Assembly (NCBI GenBank): GCA_964512925.1
Contig: CAZEKH010000001.1
Span: 200,226-264,225 of the forward strand
Reading direction: 5' to 3'
DNA length: 64,000 nucleotides
Source: an uncultured Candidatus Saccharibacteria bacterium
GTDB lineage: Bacteria; Patescibacteriota; Doudnabacteria; UBA920
The translations under genes were made by a program, and so were the position numbers. Shown here piece after piece: positions 20,796 to 30,185 of this stretch. Position 1 is the first letter of the stretch; each line of letters opens with the position of its first letter. Below the pieces are notes generated by a model. It saw only the letters and a program-made list of their open reading frames with translations. It had not been told where the DNA came from and searched no databases.

Positions 20796-20984
20796 TAAAT
20801 AATTTTTAAGATTGATGATTTAAGATTTATTGACTGTCTGTCAATGAGTTAGAGTTTAACTTCAAAAAAAAAGATTGTCAAACTGGCTACAAATACTTTA
20901 TAGAGATCTACCAATACCTACAAATAAAATCTGCTTGATTTTTTATAGAAATTTATATATTTTATCTTGAAAGAAGGAGGAGTG

Positions 20985-21068
20985 ATGAAATACATTCACT
21001 TCTTGTATTTTTTGATGATTGATCTTTGCACTCTTTTTTGGTGCTGGATCAAAACCCTGAAACGTTAG
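20985..21068 (+). CDS. 27-aa hydrophobic/aromatic peptide (MKYIHFLYFLMIDLCTLFWCWIKTLKR)
   Basis: perfect SD GAAGGAGG 6 nt upstream of ATG; stop overlaps a strong rho-independent terminator. Confidence 0.35.
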   Translation: MKYIHFLYFLMIDLCTLFWCWIKTLKR

Positions 21069-21106
21069 GCGGCCGACAGTGCGTTCGGCCGCCGCTTTTT
21101 TATTTT
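21068..21106 (+). terminator. rho-independent terminator (GGCGGCCGA…TCGGCCGCC + T-run)
   Basis: 9-bp GC stem followed by TTTTTTATTTT. Confidence 0.65.
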
Positions 21107-22413
21107 AAAGTACTTTCTTTTTCCCCGATTTTTTCTAGGATTTTTTTTGACTCTTCGGGCGTGGCTGGACGGGGCGTGGAAAAGTTTTCTATGATTACCG
21201 GAATTAGTTCTATTGAGTCAAGTTTAGCAGGAGTTTTTGTTCCCTGAAGCTCATTTTGTCCGCCAGCTGGCGGATTGATTTTTGCCTGCCCGCCTTGTGC
21301 GTTCGGGCGGGATATTTGAATTTTTAAAGCTAGTCCTTCTTTGGTTTCCTGACTCCACTCTTGGTCAAAGATGAAGTTGCCGAGAGAGTAGAAGATATAT
21401 TTGGGGTTTGGGCATTGTGTTTTATCAACCTCTCCCCCCGCCATCCCTTCTTGAGGGGAGGGAGTTTCTTGAATCCCCCTCGCCTCTTGAGGAGAGGGGT
21501 TAGGGGAGAGGTTGTCTTTCGCGCAATACCTCTCTATAGTCTGCACCCAGTGAGGGTGAGCGCCGATGACTATGTCTGCCCCGTAGTCTATGGCGCTGTG
21601 GGCAAAGTCAATTTGGGACTGGTTGGGCGTGCGGGTGTATTCTGTTCCGGCGTGCATTGTAGCCACGACAAAATCGCAAAGCGATTTTGAATACTCAATA
21701 TTCAACTTTAAATTTTCAATATCTTCTATCCTGGCTACGAAATCATTCATTATTTTACCCCCGTCATTTACAGAGGAGTAGGAAGCCCCGACAAAACAAA
21801 TTTTTATCCCGTTTTTTTCTAACATAGCAGGCTGCCAGGCCTCTTTTATATTACTTCCTGTTCCCATATGCTTGATACCCGCATCATTCAATTTTTGTAT
21901 AGTTAGGTCCAGCCCGGTTTTTAGTTGGTCTAACGCATGGTTATTGGCCAAGTTCAAAACCTCAAAATTATATTTTTTTAATATATCAACAGAAGAAGTG
22001 GCAGCGCCGAAGACCAGGGAGCTGCCGCCGATTACAGCTTTTTTTGCCAAAGGACTTTCCAGGTTGCCGAAAGCAAAATCTGCGGATTTGAGCTGTTCAG
22101 CCATTTTTAAAAAAGGCAGTTCTGGATCGCCGAATTCTTTGGCTTTAAGGGCAACCTTGCGGGAGAGGATGATATCGCCGACCGCAAGGAAACTTGCGGA
22201 TGTTGTTTTGGGTTCTGTTTTTTCGCCTCTGAGCTCCTGCCCTTTTTTATAAAAAGCCAAAAGGTCGTTTTGCAAATCGCCTGTTTGGGCAGTGGTCGGC
22301 AGGCCTGTAAAGTCATTTTCATTGCTGCGTAAAAGTCCCAAGAGAGCCGCTAGCGCTAAAATACTCGCCACTATAATAGAAATAATTTTTGTTTTTGACA
22401 TAGTTGTAATCAA
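21100..22413 (-). CDS. CapA/PgsA-family metallophosphoesterase-like protein
   Basis: N-terminal TM; CapA motifs (MHAGTEYTRTP…IVIGAHPHWVQ); two adjacent in-frame palindromic-element insertions (…SPNPSPQEARGIQETPSPQEGMAGGE…). Confidence 0.65.
   Translation of the reverse strand: MITTMSKTKIISIIVASILALAALLGLLRSNENDFTGLPTTAQTGDLQNDLLAFYKKGQELRGEKTEPKTTSASFLAVGDIILSRKVALKAKEFGDPELPFLKMAEQLKSADFAFGNLESPLAKKAVIGGSSLVFGAATSSVDILKKYNFEVLNLANNHALDQLKTGLDLTIQKLNDAGIKHMGTGSNIKEAWQPAMLEKNGIKICFVGASYSSVNDGGKIMNDFVARIEDIENLKLNIEYSKSLCDFVVATMHAGTEYTRTPNQSQIDFAHSAIDYGADIVIGAHPHWVQTIERYCAKDNLSPNPSPQEARGIQETPSPQEGMAGGEVDKTQCPNPKYIFYSLGNFIFDQEWSQETKEGLALKIQISRPNAQGGQAKINPPAGGQNELQGTKTPAKLDSIELIPVIIENFSTPRPATPEESKKILEKIGEKESTLK
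21429..21464. repeat. Family-A element
   Basis: in frame inside capA-like CDS. Confidence 0.65.
21475..21513. repeat. Family-A element
   Basis: adjacent second copy inside capA-like CDS. Confidence 0.65.
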
Positions 22414-22481
22414 AATATTTCGTTATCTCCCGCATTTTTTGTACGGAAAATATTAGAAATTAGAATAATTTATTGTCCAGT

Positions 22482-23576
22482 TTATCTGGACAATATGTAT
22501 TGCTGTCCTCCCATATTTCTCACTTTGCCTTTCATTTCCAAAAAAGTCAATGCCGAAGTTGCCAGCCTTGCGTTTAACCCGGAGTCTTTGATCAGCTGGT
22601 CAAGCAGTTTAGGTTCTTTGGACAAGACTGCCAGAATGGATTTTTCTTCAACACTGAGGTCAAAAAGATTTTGCGCTTCCTCGTTTTCCGGCAGAGCTTG
22701 AATGTTTAGGTCTTCAAGGATGTCCGAGGCTTTGGTAACTGGTTTGGCGCCCATCTTTAAAAGGTTATTAGGGCCTTCTGACATCGGGGAGTATATGGGT
22801 CCGGGCACGGCAAAGACCTGGCGGTTTTGTTCCAGCGCGTGGCGGGCTGTGATTAGGCTGCCTGAGTCAAGCCCGCATTCTACCACCAAAGTAGCTGAAG
22901 ACATCCCGGAGATAATGCGGTTTCTGGAAATAAAATGGTGTTGGAGATTTGGAGTTTTAGGCGGGTATTCTGACAACAGAGCTCCGCCGGTTTCAATGAT
23001 TTGCTGAGCCAGCAGTTGGTGATGCTTTGGGTAAACGCTTTGTTCGTCCACGCCGCCGCCTAACACAGCCATAGTCCTTTTTCCGGCTTTGACCGCGGTT
23101 TCGTGCGCCAGCGCATCCACGCCAAAAGCCAGGCCGGAAACTATGGTTGCGCCCTGTCGGCAAAGCGGTAAAACTAAATCCGGCGTTACTGTCCGGCCGT
23201 AAGTCGTGATTTTTCTTGAGCCTACCACAGCCACGCAGAGTTCCTCGGTGTTTTCCATTTTACCCCTGACATATAACAGGGGAGGGAGGTCGGGGATCTC
23301 CAGTAAAAGTTTGGGATAGTTTTCAGACTTAAAATCTATTATTTGGATGTTTTGTAAATCGAGTTTTTCTTTTTCTTTTTCCAAATCCAAGGAGGATTTA
23401 AGTTTCAGCCATTCCTCTATAATAGAGTTTTCGAGCCCGGCTTGTTGTAACTGCTCTGCTTTGGCGTTAAATGCTGATTTAAAATCATTGTGAAAATACC
23501 GGCAAATACGCATTAGCCTTGTCGGGCCTATGGAAGGGATAAGTTTAAACGCGTGCAAAAATATGGAATTATTCAT
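22482..23576 (-). CDS. dprA: DNA processing protein DprA (Smf)
   Basis: Rossmann-like DprA core VAVVGSRK…SGLAFGVDA…GGGVD. Confidence 0.8.
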   Translation of the reverse strand: MNNSIFLHAFKLIPSIGPTRLMRICRYFHNDFKSAFNAKAEQLQQAGLENSIIEEWLKLKSSLDLEKEKEKLDLQNIQIIDFKSENYPKLLLEIPDLPPLLYVRGKMENTEELCVAVVGSRKITTYGRTVTPDLVLPLCRQGATIVSGLAFGVDALAHETAVKAGKRTMAVLGGGVDEQSVYPKHHQLLAQQIIETGGALLSEYPPKTPNLQHHFISRNRIISGMSSATLVVECGLDSGSLITARHALEQNRQVFAVPGPIYSPMSEGPNNLLKMGAKPVTKASDILEDLNIQALPENEEAQNLFDLSVEEKSILAVLSKEPKLLDQLIKDSGLNARLATSALTFLEMKGKVRNMGGQQYILSR

Positions 23577-23613
23577 TTTTGCTTTTATTTAAAAAGGAAA
23601 ACAAGAAAGAGTC

Positions 23614-23642
23614 TTGACAAAATGCTGTAAAAGGGATATAAT
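23614..23642 (+). promoter_or_regulatory. consensus sigma70-type promoter TTGACA-17-TATAAT
   Basis: perfect -35 and -10 hexamers with 17-bp spacer. Confidence 0.6.
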
Positions 23643-23649
23643 ATTATAT

Positions 23650-23836
23650 CAAATAAATACTTTTGTAGTTTCTGCCCTGTCTGTAGGTTGCGAAACTTTG
23701 GTGACATCCCTCCTAACACCAGAGTCTTAGCCCCAAGTAAAGGTACTAAAGCGATTGCTTTATGCTTTTCACCTGCAGGTGGGGTAGAGAATACAATTTA
23801 AAATCCCATACCGATATCTGTCGGGATGGGATTTTA
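23650..23836 (+). ncRNA. candidate small non-coding RNA (~185 nt; size and context 6S-RNA-like, identity unverified)
   Basis: begins just downstream of the consensus promoter; ends at hairpin ATCCCATACCGA…TCGGGATGGGAT + T-run; no ORF; 5' and 3' segments can pair. Confidence 0.35.
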
Positions 23837-24400
23837 TAAATTTAAAAATTTTTTTATTTCCAGTTCAATTTTTGGAAAGACTTCTTTCTGCAGCTGTTCC
23901 AGCTCAGTTTGTAAGAAATTTTGTAATACAAAGGCTTCTGTGGGCAAGATGGTTTTCTCCAGCCTGGATTCAACCCCAATCCTGAGGCGCTGAAAATCCT
24001 GAGTGCCTAAGTGTTCGATTATGCTTTTTATGCCGTTGTGTCCGGCTGCGGAAGAGGAGTGGGTATGGCGGATTTTTCCAAGAGGTAAATCTATTTCATC
24101 CTGTAACACTAACAGATCTTTTGTATAATTAAGTTTATAGAAATCGCAAATTTCTTTAACTGCTTTTCCCGACTCATTCATATAAGTTTGGGGTTTAACA
24201 ACTATTACCCCTCCTCTTAAGGTAAGAGGAGGTAGGGGGGAGTTATGAATCTCCAAAATTTCAGAATGGAATTTTTTTTCCCAATTTGCATTCTGCAATT
24301 TAAATTCTGCAATCAAAAAATCCAAAGCCAGCCACCCGACGTTGTGCCTAGTGTTTTTATATTTTTCTCCCGGATTGCCCAATGCAACAATGATTTTCAT
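23834..24400 (-). CDS. pth: peptidyl-tRNA hydrolase
   Basis: MKIIVALGNPG…TRHNVGW…HNGIKS motifs; in-frame palindromic-element insertion (…SPLPPLTLRGG…). Confidence 0.85.
   Translation of the reverse strand: MKIIVALGNPGEKYKNTRHNVGWLALDFLIAEFKLQNANWEKKFHSEILEIHNSPLPPLTLRGGVIVVKPQTYMNESGKAVKEICDFYKLNYTKDLLVLQDEIDLPLGKIRHTHSSSAAGHNGIKSIIEHLGTQDFQRLRIGVESRLEKTILPTEAFVLQNFLQTELEQLQKEVFPKIELEIKKFLNL
24208..24242. repeat. Family-A-like element (CCCCTCCTCTTAAGGTAAGAGGAGGTAGGGGGGAG)
   Basis: in frame inside pth. Confidence 0.65.
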
Positions 24401-24477
24401 AAATAATATTTTGGATTTGCTTTTGAAATTATAACTCTTTTTGCTAATCGCTACCCTTACTACCCACTATTTACTAA

Positions 24478-25875
24478 CTATTTTTTATCTTTACCTAAAA
24501 GTTTTAGTTTTATCGGTGTGCCCCAGAAGCCCAGTTCTTTGATGATGGCATTTTCCAGAAATTTTCTAAATTGCATTGAGATGGCGGCAGGATGATTGAC
24601 GTAGAGCTGGAACATCGGCGGATTGGTTTCCAGCTGGCTAAGCGAAAAGACTTTGGGAGTTTTCTGGTCGCGCAAAAGTTTGGGCGGATTGGTTTTGAGT
24701 TTTTGTTGTAAAAAACTGTCCAGCTCGGTTTGCTCAATGTTTTTATGGCGCGCTTCAAAGATGGGCTTAACCGCTTTTAGCGCTTCGTCTAGGCCTTCGC
24801 CGGTTTTGGCTGAAACAAAAAACATCGGGCAAAGCCAAAGGAAAGGGAAATGATGGGACACCAAATCGCGGAGCGTCTGATAGCTGTCGTCGGTTTTGCC
24901 TTTTTGGTTTTTGCTTTTTTTTGCAGTTTTAGACGACAGGGGAACGGCAGAGTCGTAAGCGTCAATTTTGTTGGCGAGTATGACGCATCCTTTGTCCATA
25001 GCAAAAATTTCCTGCGCCACTCTTTGGTCTTGCTTTGTGATAGGCTCGTTGGTGTCTATGACAAACAAACAAACATCTGATCTGCGGATGGATTTGAAAG
25101 TTTGAAAACCCGAGAAGACATCCGGCTGTTCCTGACGGTGTTCTTTTTTCTTTAAGCCCGCAGTGTCAATAAAATTAAAAATAGTATCGCCGATTTTAAT
25201 CCGGCTGTCCACGGAATTGCGCGTGGTGCCGGGAACGGCTGAAACCACGGAACGTTCGTCTTTGAGGATTTTGTTAAACAAGCTGGACTTGCCCACGTTG
25301 GGCTTGCCCACAATGGCAACTGATATCATATTGGGCGTGGTTTCGGGGCCTGGAATTTCCTTTACGAATTTTTCCGCCGCTTCAGCCAAAGCGTCCAAAA
25401 GATCGCCCACGCCAAGACCGCTGATAGCAGAAACTGCAAACATCTTTTTTACGCCCAATTTTCTAAATTCCAAAAGATCAAAATCCCGTTTTTTTGGCGA
25501 GTCAAGTTTGTTGACTGCCAGGACAACCGGTTTTTTGGAGTTGCGGAATTTTTTTAAAAGCGGCGCGCTCAGCCTCCTGGCTGGCTCTTTGCCGTCCATT
25601 ATCAAAAGTATGATGTCGGCTTCTTCAATCGCGATATCTACTTGTTTTAACACATTGGTTTCCAGTTCATCTGAAGCCCTGTCCGACAGTCCGGCCGTGT
25701 CAGCCAAAACAAAATCAACCCCGTTCCAGGAGGTTTCTACATATTGGCGGTCGCGGGTGGTGCCAGCCACTTCGGAAGTGATGGCTAAAGGTTTGCCGGC
25801 GATTTTATTTAACAAAGTGGATTTGCCGGCGTTTGGCGGACCAACGATGGCAATGATGGGTTTTTTGAGCGCCAT
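24478..25875 (-). CDS. der: ribosome-associated GTPase Der (EngA)
   Basis: two tandem GTPase domains (GPPNAGKSTLLN, GKPNVGKSSLFN) plus KH-like C-terminus. Confidence 0.9.
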   Translation of the reverse strand: MALKKPIIAIVGPPNAGKSTLLNKIAGKPLAITSEVAGTTRDRQYVETSWNGVDFVLADTAGLSDRASDELETNVLKQVDIAIEEADIILLIMDGKEPARRLSAPLLKKFRNSKKPVVLAVNKLDSPKKRDFDLLEFRKLGVKKMFAVSAISGLGVGDLLDALAEAAEKFVKEIPGPETTPNMISVAIVGKPNVGKSSLFNKILKDERSVVSAVPGTTRNSVDSRIKIGDTIFNFIDTAGLKKKEHRQEQPDVFSGFQTFKSIRRSDVCLFVIDTNEPITKQDQRVAQEIFAMDKGCVILANKIDAYDSAVPLSSKTAKKSKNQKGKTDDSYQTLRDLVSHHFPFLWLCPMFFVSAKTGEGLDEALKAVKPIFEARHKNIEQTELDSFLQQKLKTNPPKLLRDQKTPKVFSLSQLETNPPMFQLYVNHPAAISMQFRKFLENAIIKELGFWGTPIKLKLLGKDKK

Positions 25876-25920
25876 AGAAATTGACAGCTTTCTTTAAATG
25901 CCGTTATTACAATATATAAC

Positions 25921-27342
25921 CTAATTGTCCCCGAGAATGATGATAATGTCAACCTTTTTCGGGTCAACCTTCATCCCCGGAGGGGGCAGGAAAACTTCGG
26001 CGGCGGAAAGTTTATTTTTTAAAATTTGCGCGCTGGCGGGTTTGGGCGTGGCTTGGTAGACGATATCCGCAAAAATCGGTTTTTCCGGCGTGTAGATAAA
26101 CTCATAAACAGTATAACCTTCTTGGGTTAAAAGATCGTAAGTTTTTTTAAACCGGGTTTTGCCCGCGCTGGCGTCAGCCAGCCAGATGACAGGCTGTTCT
26201 TTTTTTGCTTCGGCGGCGTATAAGCTGTTTTTAAAAAAATTCCAAATATCACTTTGATTTTTGCCCGGACAAGTAAACAACACCCAAGCCCCGCTGGCTT
26301 CTAAAATTTTAGGACAGACCAGGCCGGTTTGTTCGTCCAGGCTTAAAGACAGCAAATTTTCTCCTTTGAGATTTTTGGTCAAAGAGTATAATCTCAGGAT
26401 TTCTTGCGGTCTGAGGTTGGTATGGAAATGATTTGCAAAAGTATTTAAAAGCGCATTCACTTTACCCACATCTGTCAGCAGATTCAGATCGTATAATTTT
26501 GTTTTAAAGGCTGAGATGACTTTTTGCTGTCTGAGGCTTCGGGCGTAGTCCGAGCCTTCGTTGTTGTTGCCGTGACGTGAACGGGCAAATTGCAAAGCTC
26601 TTTTGCCGTTCATATGCTCCGGCCCTTTGTTAAAAGTCAGCGGCGGCAAGTAGCCTAAAGTATCGTTCGGGAATTCCGCGTCCGTAAAAGTCCTGTCAAT
26701 ATAAATATCCAGTCCGCCTATTTTGTCCACGCCGTTTTCAAACCCGCTGAAATCAACCACCGCAAAATAGGGGATTTTCATCCCGCTTACATCTTCTGCG
26801 GACGCCAGCGCCCATTCTCCGGCTCTGGCAAAGTTTTTATCTTTGCCCAAGCCTTCGGCAAAAGCCGAATTGATTTTTTGCATACCCAAATCCGGATTTT
26901 TCAGCCTGGCTAAAAGATCTCTAGGGATGGAGGTTAAAACCGCCTTGCCGGTTTTGGGCTGGATTTGCGCCAAGATGATGGTATCTGTCAGATATGGGCC
27001 TTCGTGGTTTTCTCCGCCTATGCCTAAAACCAGAATGTTTATGCGATCTTCGTTTTCGCCTTTGAGTACGGTGTCATTTTTGCCCGTAGCCGCGGAAAGC
27101 GCGATTTTCAGTTTGTCAAAAAAAGAGGTTTTATTGCCAACAAAAATTTTATCAGACAGGCTGAAAGTTTTTTGTACAAAAATAGCTGTTATGATTACAA
27201 AAAGAAGAAAAAGCCCGAGTAAGATTTTTTTAAACGGGATTTTTTTTCCTGCAGTTTTAGTCTGCGGCGGGATTTTTTTTTGAGTTGGCGGAGTATCGCT
27301 GATATGCACTTCCGGCGGCCGGATGGAGTCAAATTGGTTCAT
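25921..27342 (-). CDS. LytR-CpsA-Psr (LCP) family protein
   Basis: N-terminal TM; LCP core NILVLGIGGENHEGPYLTDTIIL…SIPRDL. Confidence 0.75.
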   Translation of the reverse strand: MNQFDSIRPPEVHISDTPPTQKKIPPQTKTAGKKIPFKKILLGLFLLFVIITAIFVQKTFSLSDKIFVGNKTSFFDKLKIALSAATGKNDTVLKGENEDRINILVLGIGGENHEGPYLTDTIILAQIQPKTGKAVLTSIPRDLLARLKNPDLGMQKINSAFAEGLGKDKNFARAGEWALASAEDVSGMKIPYFAVVDFSGFENGVDKIGGLDIYIDRTFTDAEFPNDTLGYLPPLTFNKGPEHMNGKRALQFARSRHGNNNEGSDYARSLRQQKVISAFKTKLYDLNLLTDVGKVNALLNTFANHFHTNLRPQEILRLYSLTKNLKGENLLSLSLDEQTGLVCPKILEASGAWVLFTCPGKNQSDIWNFFKNSLYAAEAKKEQPVIWLADASAGKTRFKKTYDLLTQEGYTVYEFIYTPEKPIFADIVYQATPKPASAQILKNKLSAAEVFLPPPGMKVDPKKVDIIIILGDN

Positions 27343-27424
27343 TTTACAGTATTGGTTAACTTTGATATTATACTCTAAATAATTTTCAAAATAAAGAGTT
27401 TTTGGAAGGTTATCCGGTTTTTAT

Positions 27425-27501
27425 GGACAATTAGCTCAGTTGGTTAGAGCGCGCCGTTCACATCGGCGAGGCCACTGGTTCGAGTCCAGTATTGTCCACC
27501 A
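27425..27501 (+). tRNA. tRNA-Val (anticodon CAC)
   Basis: GGACAAT/ATTGTCC acceptor stem, GCTCAGTTGGTTAGAGC D-arm, anticodon stem CGCCG/CGGCG with loop TTCACAT, GGTTCGAGTCC T-arm, encoded CCA. Confidence 0.85.
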
Positions 27502-27830
27502 CGCTTAGCGTGGTGAATGGTACGCTCAGCGTACCCACCATATACCACTCGATGACTCGGGTATATGGCACTGCCAATATAAGTAGAAAGTTTGTAAAGT
27601 TATTCCTGCAGAGCAGGATCACGCTTTGTGTGAAAAGTTTTTTCTTTCGACATTACGGGCTTGATAAATTTTTAACAATTTAGTGACTCGCTTTCTGATT
27701 TTTTATAAAAAAAGCCATAAATTTATTCATAAGGGCTTGACTTTGTTCAGATCCTAAGTAAAATATATACACTTGTCGTAAAATAAATCTTTCTTTTATT
27801 TTTTGCGACTTATCTAAAGCAGAAATTTTT

Positions 27831-28430
27831 ATGGAGACTGAAACAAACACTCAAAATTTTTCGCAAAAACCGCCGGTTTTCCAAGTAGGAGCATTTTTTT
27901 GGGACTTATTTAAAATTTTAGTCATAGCTTTTGCCATCATTATCCCTTTTCGCACCTTTATCGCCGAACCTTTCGTGGTTTCCGGTTCTTCAATGGTGCC
28001 CAATTTTCACGACAAAGATTATTTGGTAATAGACCGTATTTCTTATCTGGCAAAAGAAGATCCTAAAAGGGGAGATGTGGTGGTGTTAAAATTTCCCAAA
28101 GACACCAGCCAGTATTTCATTAAGCGCATTATTGGTTTGCCCGGCGAAAGGGTTGCTTTTCAGAGCGGGGATGTTTATATTTTTAACAAAGAGCGTCCCG
28201 AAGGTTTTCGTTTGGATGAATCTTATATACCCAAAGGCGTAGAAACTCTCGGCCAAAGCAATAATTTAACTCTAGGCACGGATGAATTTTTTGTTTTGGG
28301 TGACAACAGGACCCAGAGTTCTGATTCCAGGGTCTGGGGTATTTTGCCCAGGGAAGACATAGTGGGGAAAGTTTTTTTGCGGGTTCTGCCGCCTAAAAAT
28401 TTTGGAACTTTTAAGCAGCCTCAGTATTAA
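27831..28430 (+). CDS. lepB: signal peptidase I
   Basis: GSSMVP (Ser box), KRIIGLPGE, VLGDNRTQSSDSRVWG boxes. Confidence 0.85.
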   Translation: METETNTQNFSQKPPVFQVGAFFWDLFKILVIAFAIIIPFRTFIAEPFVVSGSSMVPNFHDKDYLVIDRISYLAKEDPKRGDVVVLKFPKDTSQYFIKRIIGLPGERVAFQSGDVYIFNKERPEGFRLDESYIPKGVETLGQSNNLTLGTDEFFVLGDNRTQSSDSRVWGILPREDIVGKVFLRVLPPKNFGTFKQPQY

Positions 28431-28447
28431 AACCTAACTTTTCAAAT

Positions 28448-29746
28448 ATGGGAAGACCAAAAAAAAATATTGCAGCCACTGACAGCCCGCCGGTAAAAAA
28501 AGTTGAAAGTCTGGAAGGCAGTTTGGATATTCTCACTTCCACCGATCTGATTTGGGATTTGATACTAAAAAGATTGTCAAAAATTTCCCGCACTTATGGG
28601 TTTTTAAAAACCGAAACTCCGTGCTTTGAAGACGCCAGGCTGTATGAAAATTTTTTTCAAAAACAGCTTTCCGAGCTTTCCCACTTGGTTTTTTTTGAAC
28701 AGAAAAACAAACACGCGGCATTTCGTCCGCAGATTTTGCCGTCAGTGCTTCGCGCTTTCTGCGAGCGTAAGGTTTTAGAACAGTCCCCGATGGAAAAGTG
28801 GTCTTATTCGGGCCAGACATATCAGAAGATGCTGGACGGTCAACTGAAAGAGGGGTATGAGTTTGGGTTTGAGGTTTTGGGGAATTTCAACCATTTAACC
28901 GAAGCTCAAACTTTGGCAGCAGCCTGGGAATTTTTTTCTTCCCTGGGACTTCCCGATTTGGTGATAGAGATCAACCATATTGGAGACGCGGCATGCCAGC
29001 GGGCGTACGGAGAAAGTTTAGGCGAATATTTGCGCGGCAGAAAATATGAGCTGTGCGACAACTGCAACGACCATTTAAACGGCCGAGTGCTCAATGTTTT
29101 AAGATGCAGCAATCTGGATTGCCAGTCTGTCGCTTCAGAGTCCCCAAGTGTTTTGGATTTTTTGGATCCGGATTCGCACAAGCATTTTACTTCAATTTTG
29201 GAAGCCTTGGATGAAATTTCCGTGCCCTATCAGCTCAGCCCTTTATATGCCGGACCCGACGGTTACAGCAAGACCAATCTGGTTGTCAAATCTAAATATA
29301 AAAATCAAACCATAGTTTTGGGCGAAGCTGGTTATCACGACGACCTAATGAGCCAGGTTTATGGAAAAAATTATTGCTGTTTCGGTTTTGTTGGAAATTT
29401 GATGGCTGTATATCAGCTGTTGGAAGCGCAAAAAATTACCGTGGAAAAAAGCGGAGATAGTGAAGTATATTTGGTGCCTTTGGGCGAGCTGGCTGCTAAA
29501 AAATCACTCCGTTTATTTACGGATCTCTTAAGGCACAAAGTCGGGGTGTATGACCATTTTGGCAGCGGGGGAGTAAAAAATCAGCTGAAAGCCGCTGAAG
29601 CTTTCAAAGTCCCGATCGCTTTGATTATGGGACAGAAGGAAGCTATGGACGAAATGGTGATTCTTAGAGATGTTAAAAGCGGGATGCAGGAAATTATTTC
29701 CTATGATAAAATTGTTGATGAAGTAAAAAAACGTCTTGGACGGTAG
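28448..29746 (+). CDS. histidyl-tRNA synthetase-like class II aaRS (divergent motifs)
   Basis: regions resembling HisRS motif 2 (…YEFGFEVLG…) and motif 3 (…GEAGYHDDLMSQVYGKN…GFVGNLMAV…) plus an anticodon-binding-like C-terminus; GGRYD box not conserved. Confidence 0.45.
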   Translation: MGRPKKNIAATDSPPVKKVESLEGSLDILTSTDLIWDLILKRLSKISRTYGFLKTETPCFEDARLYENFFQKQLSELSHLVFFEQKNKHAAFRPQILPSVLRAFCERKVLEQSPMEKWSYSGQTYQKMLDGQLKEGYEFGFEVLGNFNHLTEAQTLAAAWEFFSSLGLPDLVIEINHIGDAACQRAYGESLGEYLRGRKYELCDNCNDHLNGRVLNVLRCSNLDCQSVASESPSVLDFLDPDSHKHFTSILEALDEISVPYQLSPLYAGPDGYSKTNLVVKSKYKNQTIVLGEAGYHDDLMSQVYGKNYCCFGFVGNLMAVYQLLEAQKITVEKSGDSEVYLVPLGELAAKKSLRLFTDLLRHKVGVYDHFGSGGVKNQLKAAEAFKVPIALIMGQKEAMDEMVILRDVKSGMQEIISYDKIVDEVKKRLGR

Positions 29747-29847
29747 AAAAGTGAGATAAATTTTTAAGTTTGTGATTATGTTTTAAAGATTTCCGCAAAA
29801 GCGGAAAACAAAAATTTTTCATTTTGATTTTTTAATTTTAAATTTTT

Positions 29848-30183
29848 ATGAACGAATGCGTATTTTGCAACATTGCCAATAAAAGCTTGTCTTCGGAAAT
29901 TTTGTTTGAAAACGACCGCGTACTGGTTATCCGCGATATTTTGCCTAAAGCGCCGGTGCATCTGTTGATTTTACCGAAGGAGCATATTGTATCTATCAGT
30001 CATTTAAAAGATGAACAGGCTCCGCTGCTTGGCGAGATGATTGTTATTGCTCGGCAGATGGGCGAGAAATTCGGTGTTTCCGAAACCGGCTACAAGCTGA
30101 TGTTCAATGTAGGCAGGGACGGCGGCCAGGTTATTCCTCATCTCCACCTCCATCTTTTGGGTGGAAAAAATATGGGCGACTAG
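29848..30183 (+). CDS. HIT-family (histidine triad) protein
   Basis: HLHLHLLGG histidine triad. Confidence 0.85.
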   Translation: MNECVFCNIANKSLSSEILFENDRVLVIRDILPKAPVHLLILPKEHIVSISHLKDEQAPLLGEMIVIARQMGEKFGVSETGYKLMFNVGRDGGQVIPHLHLHLLGGKNMGD

Positions 30184-30185
30184 TT

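Noticed and set aside
21026-21247. ORF 21026..21247 (+) overlapping the terminator and capA-like 3' end
   Set aside because: It reads through a strong intrinsic terminator and overlaps the capA-like CDS; the 27-aa upstream peptide ORF is the better-supported unit.
27492-27683. 63-aa ORF beginning inside the tRNA-Val gene
   Set aside because: Overlaps the tRNA and its trailer hairpins; no SD.
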